Source: a virus
Lineage: Duplodnaviria > Caudoviricetes
Direction: 5' to 3' (one strand)
Length of the DNA stretch: 64,000 bases
Virus record (IMG/VR): IMGVR_UViG_2851775564_000002
Location: 1 to 64,000 of that record
This document shows, in pieces, positions 39,996 to 49,816 of the stretch (positions within the stretch are counted from its first letter, which is position 1; every line of letters starts with the position of its first letter). A program made the position numbers and the translations under genes. Under the pieces are notes generated by a model. That model did not search any database and was not told the origin of the DNA. It saw only the letters and a program-made list of their open reading frames with translations.

Positions 39996-41285
39996 TTGCG
40001 TGTAAGAATTATTGAGCCTACTTTAAAAGTGCAAAATCAAAAGAAAAGAGTATGTGCTTATGCAAGGGTTTCAACAGATAGTGAAAAGCAAGAAGAATCT
40101 TTAGAAAATCAAATACAATATTATGAAAATCTTATATTGGCTAATCCAGACTATGAGTTTATAGGAGTATTTGCAGATAGAGGAATAACAGGAACTACTG
40201 AAGAAAGACCAGAGTTTCAAAAGATGCTGCAAATTGCAAGAAATGGAAAAGTGGATTTAATTATAACAAAATCTATATCAAGGTTTGCAAGAAATACTAC
40301 TATAGTTTTGAAAACTGTAAGACAACTTAAAGATATAGGTGTTGAGGTGAAATTCGAAAAAGAAAATATAGAAACCTTATCAGGGGATGGTGAGTTAATG
40401 CTCACTGTCCTTTCTTCTTTTTCTCAAGAGGAAAGCAAAAATGTAAGTGATAACATCAAATGGAGAATGAGAAAAAAGTTTCAGCAAGGAGAAATGATTA
40501 TAAATACTAAAAGATTTTTGGGATATGACAAGGATGAGTATGGAGATTTAGTTATAAATCCTAAAGAGGCTGAGGTAGTAAAAAGAATTTTTAATGAATA
40601 CTTAAGCGGAAAAGGATGTTTTACAATTGCAAAAGGTCTTAGAGAAGAAGGAGTTCCTACAGTTGCCGGTGGAACATGGAGAGACAGTACTATTTTAAGA
40701 ATACTAAAAAATGAGAAATACAAAGGGGATGCATTACTTCAAAAATATTATACATCAGATCATTTAAGAAAAAAGAAAGTTAAGAATAACGGAGAAGTTG
40801 AAAGCTATTATATTGAAGATGATCATGTACCAATAGTTTCAAGAGAAGCATGGGAAACTGTTCAAGAAGAAATTAAAAAGAGAGCAAAGAAAAAGGGGAT
40901 TATTTCAGGAGATACAAAAAAGTATAAGAGAAGATATCCACTAACAGGAATGCTTTACTGCAGTAAATGTGGTTCTACCTTAAGAAGAAGAACATGGAAC
41001 ACTAAACATTCTTGCAAAAAGATAGTATGGCAGTGTAGCAACTACGTTAAAAATGGAAAGAATGCTTGCATGGGAACTTCAATAGATGATGAAGTTATAA
41101 GCAAGCTTAATATAAAGGAAGAAACTGTAGTAAAGGAGGAATTTAGAAATGGCAAGAAGTATTACAGTTATACCAGCAAAATCCAACAGAACCAACATAG
41201 TACAAGCAGCAAAGTCACAGAAAAAGAGAATGGCTGCATATTGCAGGGTATCAACAGACCAAGCAGAACAGTTATCAAGCTATGA
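39996..41285 (+). CDS. Large serine recombinase 1
   Basis: AYARVST, TKSISRFARN, ILKNEKYKG, CSKC. Confidence 0.92.
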   Translation: MRVRIIEPTLKVQNQKKRVCAYARVSTDSEKQEESLENQIQYYENLILANPDYEFIGVFADRGITGTTEERPEFQKMLQIARNGKVDLIITKSISRFARNTTIVLKTVRQLKDIGVEVKFEKENIETLSGDGELMLTVLSSFSQEESKNVSDNIKWRMRKKFQQGEMIINTKRFLGYDKDEYGDLVINPKEAEVVKRIFNEYLSGKGCFTIAKGLREEGVPTVAGGTWRDSTILRILKNEKYKGDALLQKYYTSDHLRKKKVKNNGEVESYYIEDDHVPIVSREAWETVQEEIKKRAKKKGIISGDTKKYKRRYPLTGMLYCSKCGSTLRRRTWNTKHSCKKIVWQCSNYVKNGKNACMGTSIDDEVISKLNIKEETVVKEEFRNGKKYYSYTSKIQQNQHSTSSKVTEKENGCILQGINRPSRTVIKL

Positions 41286-42561
41286 AGCACAGGTAAATTA
41301 CTATACTAATTTTATAAATAATAGTTCAGAATATGAAATGGTAAAAGTTTATGCAGATGAAGGAATTTCAGGAACTAACACAAAAAAGAGAGAACAATTT
41401 AATGAAATGATTAGAGATTGCAAGGCAGGAAAAATAGATGTAATTATAACAAAATCCATATCAAGATTTGCTCGTAATACTTTGGATTGTTTAAATTATG
41501 TAAGAACCCTTAAAGAACTTGGCATTGGAGTCATTTTTGAAAAGGAAAATATAAATACATTAGATGCTAAAGGAGAGGTATTGATTTCCATTTTAGCAAG
41601 CTTGGCTCAAGATGAAAGTCGCTCAATTTCTGAAAATTCAACATGGGGAATAAGAAGGAGATTTGAACAAGGAAAGCTGCACATAAACCATAAAAAATTT
41701 TTAGGATATACTAAAGATGAGGAGGGCAATCTTATAATAGATGAAAAACAAGCCAAGATTGTAAGAAGAATTTATAAGGATTATCTTGATGGAAAAGGTA
41801 CAAATAGAATAGCAAAAGAATTTGAAGAAAAAGGAATTAAAGGTTGGAATGGAAAAACTAAATGGTATGAAAGCACTATAAGAGGAATATTAACAAATGA
41901 AAAATACAAGGGAGATGCACTACTGCAAAAAACTTATACAGTAGATTTCCTTACCAAGAAAAGGGCAGAAAACAATGGGGAAGTTCCACAGTATTATGTG
42001 GAGGAAAGCCACCCAGCAATTATAGATAAAGAAATGTGGGAGGCAGTACAACTCGAGATGGAGAGAAGAAGAATTTTTGCTAAAGAACATGATATTGTAA
42101 AAGTAGATTATGCTACAATAACTAATCCTTTTGCAGGGAAAATTATTTGCGGACACTGCGGCAATGTTTTTGGAAGAAAGGTTTGGAACTCCACAAATGA
42201 ATTACGCAGGAGAATTGTTTGGAGATGTAATAGAAGATATATTAAAAAAGGGAAGAAAGGCTGTAATAATAAACATATAGATGATAAGGTTTTATATCAA
42301 GCTTTTATAGATACCTTCAATGCCATGATTGAAAATAAAGATTATTTCATGGAAAAGTGGAAGGAACATTTAAAAAGTGACAATGTTTTAGTAAGATATA
42401 AGGCAAAGCAATTTATGGGAATTTTAAAAAATGCAAAACCAATAAAAGAGTTTGATGAGGATTTATTTTTTAGGATAGTAGAGAAGATGACGGTGTTTGA
42501 TGGAAAGAAGATTATTGTAAGTTTGCTTGATGGGACTGAGATTGAGGTTGTAATTGAATAA
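41149..42561 (+). CDS. Large serine recombinase 2
   Basis: AYCRVST, TKSISRFARN, ILTNEKYKG, CGHC. Confidence 0.92.
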   Translation: MARSITVIPAKSNRTNIVQAAKSQKKRMAAYCRVSTDQAEQLSSYEAQVNYYTNFINNSSEYEMVKVYADEGISGTNTKKREQFNEMIRDCKAGKIDVIITKSISRFARNTLDCLNYVRTLKELGIGVIFEKENINTLDAKGEVLISILASLAQDESRSISENSTWGIRRRFEQGKLHINHKKFLGYTKDEEGNLIIDEKQAKIVRRIYKDYLDGKGTNRIAKEFEEKGIKGWNGKTKWYESTIRGILTNEKYKGDALLQKTYTVDFLTKKRAENNGEVPQYYVEESHPAIIDKEMWEAVQLEMERRRIFAKEHDIVKVDYATITNPFAGKIICGHCGNVFGRKVWNSTNELRRRIVWRCNRRYIKKGKKGCNNKHIDDKVLYQAFIDTFNAMIENKDYFMEKWKEHLKSDNVLVRYKAKQFMGILKNAKPIKEFDEDLFFRIVEKMTVFDGKKIIVSLLDGTEIEVVIE

Positions 42562-42571
42562 TAAAATAAGA

Positions 42572-42612
42572 GGCTGATTGTGATAATTTTTGTCATAATC
42601 AGTCATTTTTTT
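42572..42612 (+). terminator. Terminator after recombinases
   Basis: ggctgattgtgata-attttt-gtcataatcagtc then T tract. Confidence 0.7.
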
Positions 42613-42704
42613 CTTTATTAAATAGAAAAAGAAAGAAAATAATTAGTATAATTGAAATAGAAAGATGTTTCATAATAATTTTAAGAAGAAATGGAGGGGA
42701 GAAA

Positions 42705-44363
42705 ATGCTCAAATTGGAGGAGTATATTTCAAAGAGAAAAAAGGAGGATAGAATTGATGAATTTGACTTTAAAAAACATTCAGAGAATATGGCAAGTGCT
42801 ATAAAATATGTAACAGATTATTTTAATAATTATTTGAATTTAGAGGATTACGATTATGAACAAACAAAAATACAACAAACAGTAGAGAAGTTTAAGAAGG
42901 ATATACAAAAAAGATATCCAGAAACATATGACTATATAATCTCATACTATTTAGATAATAAAAAACGATTGGATAAATATATTGCTAAAGCTTATGAAGA
43001 AATTAAAGATAGTGAGTTATTTTATAAAGAAGAGGATTATGATAGGGTTGCGGAGTATGTTATTGAAAAAAAATTAAATATTCCTATGAATGAAACATTA
43101 TGTCATAAATTATCTGTGATGGCACGAGAATATAAAAAACATGAAAATGAATGTCCATCTATTTCTGAAATGAAGGAACTTGATAATGCACTAGTGGATT
43201 GGGTAAAATATGTATTCAGGAAATATGATGTAAATTTATTAAATTATGCAAGCGAAATAGCATATCATTACTATGAAACTTACGTGGTTACAGAGTATGA
43301 TAGGGATACAGATACTTTTTATCATATAAATAAGTATGACTATAGGTATCAAGAAAATCCATTTGATATTAATACTATTTATGTTAGAAATGAGCATAGG
43401 GAGTTTATTAAGGATAATAAAGGTGAACTTGAAATGCTAATAATGTATTGCTGGTTAAATGACGAAATAAGAGATTTAGATTATTGGCCAGAATATGTTC
43501 AACTTTGCATTGATTCCAATAGAGTAAAGTTATCAAAAAGAAAGTGTGTATTTATACCAGTTCGGATTTCTAATATTAATTACCCACCCGAAATAGTAAC
43601 TTCGGGTAAATATATTGAAACAGTTAATGGTTTAATTGAGAAGGATCCAGGAAAAGATTATATATTAAGGATAGCTTATCGAAAGAACAATGATGAAATA
43701 TGGAAAGATAATATATTATTAGAATCTATAATTAAAAATATACAAAGTAGCTTTAAAAGATACGGAACTCCTAGTCTTGTAGAATTTCAATCCCCGTATA
43801 AAACAGTAGGATATAATAAAGAAAAGTTTTTTGATAGTTATCAGGTATTCGAGAAAGGTTTACGTAGATTTACTAATACTAAAATAGCTATAATAAATGG
43901 GAATACGAAAGGAAGTAAAGGAAAAGAATTTTTATTTTCAAATATAGAGGATATTATTAAATTACATAATACATGTAAACAATTAAATCTAAGATTAAAA
44001 CTATCAGTGGATTTTACTGATAGTAATAGAAAAAATATTTTGAAGGAAAAAATTGAAGAAACAATTAATGCTTTATCTTCAATGAGAAGTTTTATAGTAG
44101 CAATTCATCTTAATAGTATTGATTGTTGGAGTAATTATAGGAGTATATATGATAAAGACAATAAACATGCATACATAAGTGCCCATGAATATCCAACAGT
44201 ATCAATTTTTATGAAGGGTTTGGCTACTATTGTACAGGATAGTAAAGTACGATATTTAATTCCAGAGAAAGCTAAAAATGAAGATGTACTTGAAGGGTTA
44301 ATAGATATACTGTATCGTGTTGGATTTAGTTTTAAAAAAGGCGGTAATATTAATGAAAAGTAG
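42705..44363 (+). CDS. Hypothetical protein; helical N-half + possible degenerate TIM-barrel (AP-endonuclease-2-like) C-half
   Basis: LKLSVDF, VAIHLN, RYLIPE strand pattern; RBS GGAGGG. Confidence 0.55.
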   Translation: MLKLEEYISKRKKEDRIDEFDFKKHSENMASAIKYVTDYFNNYLNLEDYDYEQTKIQQTVEKFKKDIQKRYPETYDYIISYYLDNKKRLDKYIAKAYEEIKDSELFYKEEDYDRVAEYVIEKKLNIPMNETLCHKLSVMAREYKKHENECPSISEMKELDNALVDWVKYVFRKYDVNLLNYASEIAYHYYETYVVTEYDRDTDTFYHINKYDYRYQENPFDINTIYVRNEHREFIKDNKGELEMLIMYCWLNDEIRDLDYWPEYVQLCIDSNRVKLSKRKCVFIPVRISNINYPPEIVTSGKYIETVNGLIEKDPGKDYILRIAYRKNNDEIWKDNILLESIIKNIQSSFKRYGTPSLVEFQSPYKTVGYNKEKFFDSYQVFEKGLRRFTNTKIAIINGNTKGSKGKEFLFSNIEDIIKLHNTCKQLNLRLKLSVDFTDSNRKNILKEKIEETINALSSMRSFIVAIHLNSIDCWSNYRSIYDKDNKHAYISAHEYPTVSIFMKGLATIVQDSKVRYLIPEKAKNEDVLEGLIDILYRVGFSFKKGGNINEK

Positions 44364-45327
44364 TGGAGCAATAGATATATATGATGAAACTGAGTTTCAC
44401 TCATGGGTTAAAATGATTAATGTTACATTAGCAGAAAAGAATTATTGCAGCATGATTGAAGAACATAGTAGTGAGATGAATAATAGGAAAAATATAAATA
44501 AAGACAAGTATTTAGAAAACCTACCTTTTAATATAAGATGGAAGCTGAAAGGGGAAATTTACACTTACTCAAATGTAAGAAAAACAGTTGTATTAGATAT
44601 AGATACTTCAGAAAAAATGAGGGATAAAACATATAGCTTTATGAGTGGTTTTATAAATAGCATTTATAAAATTGGTGGTGAAGTATATGTTGACAATATG
44701 CAAAATGCTGATAATACAATATTTACGTTATTAGAGAGTAGATACAAATGTAGATTATATGAAAAGCAAGTTAAGTTAAGGGATAAGATAAAAATAGAGG
44801 AAAGAAAAATGAGACCTTTATACGATTTGGAATATACTGGTGATTTGTGCTTTCAAGTCTTTGGTGAAGAAATAAATAAAAAGGATACTTGGAAATTATT
44901 ACAGACTATAGAGTTTTATAAATCGCATACTATAGAAAATAAATTAATAGATTTGTTTTATAAATTAAGAGAAGATGCAATATCTAAAAAAATTATTATA
45001 GATCAAGAGATGGCAAAGCAACAACAAGAGAGGAAAAAAGAAATTAAACAATGGGAAGAAGAGAAGATGCGTGAAGATCAAGCCCATAAAGAAAAAGAAA
45101 AATTGCTAAAGAAACAAAAAATGCAAGAAAAAATAAAAAACCATATTGATAAATGGGAGAATATTAATAAAGTCTTAGAGTATGTTAATGATTTACGTAA
45201 TATGTCAGGTATCAGTGATAATAAAAGAAAACTAATTTTAAAGTATTGCGATTATGTTGAAAAGACCTATAGTAAATCAGAATTTTACGAAGAAATTTTA
45301 GAATTTTCACAAAACTTAGAATTGTAA
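44353..45327 (+). CDS. Hypothetical protein with long charged C-terminal helix
   Basis: Overlaps previous gene; YTGDLCF motif, E/K/Q-rich helix. Confidence 0.6.
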   Translation: MKSSGAIDIYDETEFHSWVKMINVTLAEKNYCSMIEEHSSEMNNRKNINKDKYLENLPFNIRWKLKGEIYTYSNVRKTVVLDIDTSEKMRDKTYSFMSGFINSIYKIGGEVYVDNMQNADNTIFTLLESRYKCRLYEKQVKLRDKIKIEERKMRPLYDLEYTGDLCFQVFGEEINKKDTWKLLQTIEFYKSHTIENKLIDLFYKLREDAISKKIIIDQEMAKQQQERKKEIKQWEEEKMREDQAHKEKEKLLKKQKMQEKIKNHIDKWENINKVLEYVNDLRNMSGISDNKRKLILKYCDYVEKTYSKSEFYEEILEFSQNLEL

Positions 45328-45340
45328 AGGAGAGATACAA

Positions 45341-46432
45341 ATGAAAATAACTATTAAAGATACTAATTTAGTTGATAAAGAGCTAGAAAAAAAGATTAGT
45401 AAAGAATTAGAAGATAAAGTTCAACAATTTGATAAGAACAAAAAATATACTATGGATTTGCAATTTACTGAAGATTTTATTATATGTGAGTCTGAAATAG
45501 ATTCATATAAGATACCAGAAGAGTCGTTGCCACCATATCAAAGGGGAAAAGAATTAAAAGGCAAAGAGAAAATGTATGCATTATTAAGTTATAGAATTCA
45601 TACTGTTATAAATATAGTTAAGGAATATGGAATAAGTTTGGGGAATTCAGGTATTAAAGGAATGCCGTTTATGGAATTTAATAAAATAGAACTATGTTTT
45701 TCAGAAGAAGATGTGCAGTTGGATAATAAATGCAAACGAAAAAAGGATAAGCAAATTACAGTTACTGCAATAATGCCAAGTTTTTCAGGGTTTATTAAAA
45801 ATCTTGAATCTGCTTTCAAGGATATTGAAAATAGAATAGAAAAAGAATTAGAGAATGTATTTGATGATAAAAAAGAATATGATAAATATAAATCACTTGT
45901 TGATAAATTTGAGTTATACAATATAGTAAGTGATTTTAAAAAAGAATATGGGAAAATGTGGATATATTCAAGGGAACATAAATCAGAATTGAAAAAGAAG
46001 TTTATAGAGACAATAAAAATTAAAGCTGGAATTGTTTCAGATGATATATTAAAAGAGCAGATATTACAACCACTTGAGTTTAAAACAGTTGTAATATGTG
46101 AAATTCCTGTTTGTAAAATAATTAAGAAAAATACTGGAGTAAATAAGTGTATTGGGCATATTAGATTATTAACAAATGGAAGAATAATTAATGTTAAGTA
46201 TCAACCACATAGTAAGCCATATGTAATACCAGATGAAGTTTTTGAAGAATGCATTGTTAGTGTCACATCTCAAAACAATAATAAAAAATTACTTAAGATA
46301 ATAGAAGAACTTGTTAATAAGGTTGATGAAATCTGCCAAGAGTTTGGATATGTACTTGAAAAGGATATAATTCACAATGTAATAGGATATATGGATATAA
46401 AGAGTATTATAAAAAAAGCTAGAGAAGCATAA
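45341..46432 (+). CDS. Hypothetical protein
   Basis: RBS AAGGAG, 13 bp after previous stop. Confidence 0.6.
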   Translation: MKITIKDTNLVDKELEKKISKELEDKVQQFDKNKKYTMDLQFTEDFIICESEIDSYKIPEESLPPYQRGKELKGKEKMYALLSYRIHTVINIVKEYGISLGNSGIKGMPFMEFNKIELCFSEEDVQLDNKCKRKKDKQITVTAIMPSFSGFIKNLESAFKDIENRIEKELENVFDDKKEYDKYKSLVDKFELYNIVSDFKKEYGKMWIYSREHKSELKKKFIETIKIKAGIVSDDILKEQILQPLEFKTVVICEIPVCKIIKKNTGVNKCIGHIRLLTNGRIINVKYQPHSKPYVIPDEVFEECIVSVTSQNNNKKLLKIIEELVNKVDEICQEFGYVLEKDIIHNVIGYMDIKSIIKKAREA

Positions 46433-46553
46433 TGTGTAAGTTAATATAAAAAAAGTAATTAGTAAATATAAGTGCCGTACAGTAAATTCTATTTGACAAA
46501 TATGAAATTTAGAGTAATTACTAGATTACTATTTGTTAAGGAGGAATAGAAAA

Positions 46554-47063
46554 ATGACGAATGAGGAAAGAGATCAAATAATATTATTGAGATGCCAGGG
46601 TTTAAGTTATGAGAAGATATCAAAAGCATTAGGATTGAAGCGGGATACAATTAGGGCGTTTTGTAAAAGAAATGGTCTTAATGGTCAAGCAGCTGATATT
46701 AAAGAATCCCATAAAAAAATAGTTATTGATGAATTCACATACAAGATTTGCCTTTATTGTGGGAAAAAACTTGAGCAAAAACAAACAGGCCGAAGAAAAA
46801 AATACTGCAGTATAGAATGTAAAAGAGAATGGGAAAAAGGGCATAGAAAAATATATATTCTTAAATGCCAATATTGTGGCAAAGACTATGAGTCTAAAGG
46901 ATTTAAAAATCGAAAATATTGTAGCCATGAGTGCTATATTCGAGATAGGTTTTGGAGAGAAGAAGATGCTGCTGAGATTTTAAGAAAATTATTTAAAAGA
47001 GAAAGTATTCCTTCAATACCTAAATGGGTAAAAGATTTATTGCTTAAAACAAATGATGAGTAA
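46554..47063 (+). CDS. HTH plus zinc-finger protein (paralog of 15010..15450)
   Basis: GLSYEKIS..IRAFCKRNGL; CLYC; NRKYCSHECYIRDRFWR. Confidence 0.7.
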   Translation: MTNEERDQIILLRCQGLSYEKISKALGLKRDTIRAFCKRNGLNGQAADIKESHKKIVIDEFTYKICLYCGKKLEQKQTGRRKKYCSIECKREWEKGHRKIYILKCQYCGKDYESKGFKNRKYCSHECYIRDRFWREEDAAEILRKLFKRESIPSIPKWVKDLLLKTNDE

Positions 47064-47312
47064 AATTTTACTAGGGTAAAAAATAGTATTGAAAAGCCTT
47101 AGGGTTAGAATATGAGAAGTTAGTGTTTAGCCGAAAGTAGCTTTAAAGTTATAATTTCTAGCTTATTTTAATAAGATTTTTTATTTATAAGGCAATAATA
47201 CATTAAAGAAGGATTGAATTTGTTACACTTTTTAGTTCGACCCCCATTAAATACTAAAGCCCCCCGAAAAAAATATGCTTTTTGTGCGAAAATGTATTTA
47301 CGGCTTGTCTAC

Positions 47313-47351
47313 ACACATGTGGAGACGGTTGTTAAACTATCTAGGAAATAA
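47313..47351 (+). pseudogene. rlmD: Orphan 3' end of 23S rRNA m5U methyltransferase gene at the att junction
   Basis: aca cat gtg gag acg gtt gtt aaa cta tct agg aaa taa = THVETVVKLSRK*, the conserved TrmA/RlmD C-terminal HVE motif. Confidence 0.75.
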
Positions 47352-47415
47352 GCGGTATTACAAAGCATATAAAGATTTTTAAACACAAAATTCCTACATT
47401 CTTCCGACTAAAATT

Positions 47416-48564
47416 TTATAATGTCGGAAGTTTTTTTAATACTTCATTTTTTAGTATATTTATAGTATTATTTTTCATCTTTTTTGTAACATGAGAATAA
47501 GTATCCATTGTAGTTGATATTTTGCTGTGACCAAGTCGTTTCTGAATTTCTTTAGGTTGTGCACCTGATTCTAAAAGCATGGTAGCATGAGTATGCCTTA
47601 ATGAATGAAAGTGAAATTTTATTCCAAGCTCATAATTGACTACACGGCTTAAATACTTTAAACTACCGGTAGTTATAGGTTCACCATTTTCTTTAGTACA
47701 GACAAAATTAGAATTTGCATAATATCTTCCGTATTTTAATTTATTTTCTTTCTGCCATGTTTGATGGCGCTTTAAAATTTTAACTAAGGTATCTCCAATA
47801 TCAATAGTTCTATGAGAACTTTTAGTTTTTGGAGTACCAAACTCCCATATGCCCTTACCTTTGCCAATTAATATTTTTTCAACCCTTATATTTTTGTTTT
47901 CTAGATCAACACAACCCCAAGTAAGCCCACAAACTTCTGCAGCTCTCATTCCAGTATTAAAAGCTATCTGCAGTGGAATATAGAAATTGCTTCCTTGTGG
48001 AAATCTTTTAAGTATTGTTTTAAATTGATCTATTGTAATTATTTTTAGCTTATCTTCATTTTCGATATTATCAAACTTTGGCATTTTTACATATATCATA
48101 GGACTTTGTTTTATGAACTGATAAGGATACACAGCTTGCTTCAATGCCCCTGAAAGTACACCATAAAATCCACGTATAGAGTTTTTACTGAATCCTTCTA
48201 CATACTTCTTGTTTAAGAAGCCTTGCAGTGTACTTGGCTTTAAAGTCTTTAATCTATAGGATCCCAAAGCTGGTTTTATATGTTTATTAATAATTCTTTT
48301 GTAATCTTGCTGGGTATTGTATTTAAGATTTACAAGTACGTATTCCTTGTACCAATAGTCAAAATAATCCGCTGTGGAAATATTACTTTCGTCAACTACA
48401 GAACCACATTTTTCAAATTCATTTAAAGCTTGTCTTAAAGCTTTTTCGGCTTCGGCTTTAGTCGATCCTCCAGCGCGTTCAACTCTTTTCCTTTTTCCAT
48501 TTACTCGACCAACCTCAAAACTATAATACCATTTACCACCTTTTTTTCTAACTGAGCCTTGCAC
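47416..48564 (-). CDS. int: Tyrosine integrase (start probably GTG 48564)
   Basis: TGMRAAE, TPKT, FHSLRHTHAT, LGHS, TYSH. Confidence 0.93.
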   Translation of the reverse strand: MQGSVRKKGGKWYYSFEVGRVNGKRKRVERAGGSTKAEAEKALRQALNEFEKCGSVVDESNISTADYFDYWYKEYVLVNLKYNTQQDYKRIINKHIKPALGSYRLKTLKPSTLQGFLNKKYVEGFSKNSIRGFYGVLSGALKQAVYPYQFIKQSPMIYVKMPKFDNIENEDKLKIITIDQFKTILKRFPQGSNFYIPLQIAFNTGMRAAEVCGLTWGCVDLENKNIRVEKILIGKGKGIWEFGTPKTKSSHRTIDIGDTLVKILKRHQTWQKENKLKYGRYYANSNFVCTKENGEPITTGSLKYLSRVVNYELGIKFHFHSLRHTHATMLLESGAQPKEIQKRLGHSKISTTMDTYSHVTKKMKNNTINILKNEVLKKLPTL

Positions 48565-48591
48565 TATGATCATCCTTTCTTATTAAATTAG

Positions 48592-48603
48592 GAACACATG
48601 TTC
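48592..48603. promoter_or_regulatory. LexA/DinR (SOS) box upstream of int
   Basis: GAAC-acat-GTTC within near-perfect palindrome aggaacacatgttcct. Confidence 0.65.
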
Positions 48604-48656
48604 CTACAAATATTAAAAATATATAGGAGATTAACTCCTATGAATATATTTTATAT

Positions 48657-48965
48657 CTAAACTGATTTACGTCTTAATGTTCTTATTTCAGCTTCATGTG
48701 CGCCATACATTTCAAGCAGAGATTTATTTGTTTCATTTAAATCAGAAGAATTCTTATCTATATTATTAGACATATTTTTAACCGTACCTTGAAGCTCTGC
48801 AACTTGATGAGTTAAATTACTAATATCGGTTTTATGCACTTCTGAATTATGTTCCAAAGCCTTAAGAATTTGAGTGCTTTCATTAAGTTGAGATTTAATA
48901 GGTGATAGTTCCTGTCTTAATAGTTGTTTGATGGCAGACAAAGTTTCCTTATCCGTTAATATCAT
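48657..48965 (-). CDS. Coiled-coil hypothetical protein (paralog of 52643..52909)
   Basis: SQLNESTQILKALEH. Confidence 0.6.
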   Translation of the reverse strand: MILTDKETLSAIKQLLRQELSPIKSQLNESTQILKALEHNSEVHKTDISNLTHQVAELQGTVKNMSNNIDKNSSDLNETNKSLLEMYGAHEAEIRTLRRKSV

Positions 48966-49003
48966 TCCTTTCTATGATTTAGTATAATCTGTGTTTGGTA
49001 AAT

Positions 49004-49816
49004 TTATACTGATAGTTCTCTATATATTGCGATAGGTCGTATTACATTTGCATTATTTTTTAATACCATTGAAGCAAATACAGAGTTAGTACCATCAATA
49101 ATACCTTTAAACTCTTCTGTCATGTTGTTTATAGTATTAAGTTCAGTAACATCTAGTATTCCGATTATAGTCCAAATGCTTGGGATAATATTCCCGTATG
49201 ATCTAAATAAATCATCAGGAGATATTGTTAAATATTCTTTGTTTATAATACAAGTAGCGGTTTCATCTGTAGTTGTCTCTACTGAAAACTCCAATCCGTA
49301 AGGAATCATTTTTATGATATCCTGTATAGCTTTGCCTAAAGTATTATTTTTATTTTTCCCGCGCATATTTGGATTTATAGGTGTATTAAATTCGGGAACC
49401 AATTTGTTCTTTTCAATAAATGGAAATATTTGATCTATGATATTATAATCACGGTACGTTAGTTTGCCTTTAGTTGCAATTATAGAACCTTCATGAGCAT
49501 CACTTAATGAATGAATAGTCAAGTTAAATCGTTGTAGTAACTCAAGCACTTTGTAATCATATGGATTTATGTTTTTTGTAATGTTTTGAGTATCTGAGCG
49601 TTTTGAAGATGTTGATCCGCTAGCAATTTTAATGCTACCTCCAATATTATTAGAACTTTCGTCAGCACATATTTCAGATTTACTAAGAGTCATTATGTCG
49701 CCGCCAAAAATCTGAGAGTAAAATGAATTTATTAGGTTTGTATCTTTATATAAGAAATCTATTAAGGTAATTTCTTCGCTATTTTCGTATTGTTCTTGTT
49801 TCCCCATTTTTCCCAC
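49004..49816 (-). CDS. Hypothetical protein, DUF6414-like
   Basis: DFLYKDTNLINSFYSQIFGG N-term and IRPIAIYRE C-term. Confidence 0.55.
   Translation of the reverse strand: MGKMGKQEQYENSEEITLIDFLYKDTNLINSFYSQIFGGDIMTLSKSEICADESSNNIGGSIKIASGSTSSKRSDTQNITKNINPYDYKVLELLQRFNLTIHSLSDAHEGSIIATKGKLTYRDYNIIDQIFPFIEKNKLVPEFNTPINPNMRGKNKNNTLGKAIQDIIKMIPYGLEFSVETTTDETATCIINKEYLTISPDDLFRSYGNIIPSIWTIIGILDVTELNTINNMTEEFKGIIDGTNSVFASMVLKNNANVIRPIAIYRELSV

Larger units (their letters stand above)
1..47315 (+). mobile_element. Prophage 1 (cos-type siphovirus, tandem serine recombinases; left end outside window)
   Basis: Contiguous regulation-replication-packaging-head-tail-lysis-recombinase order; ends at an orphan rlmD 3' fragment. 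Confidence 0.9.

Noticed and set aside
47234-47270. Second cos or tRNA 3' remnant (gttcgaccccc)
   Set aside because: Only a short GTTCGA/C-run match; no T-stem pairing or acceptor end
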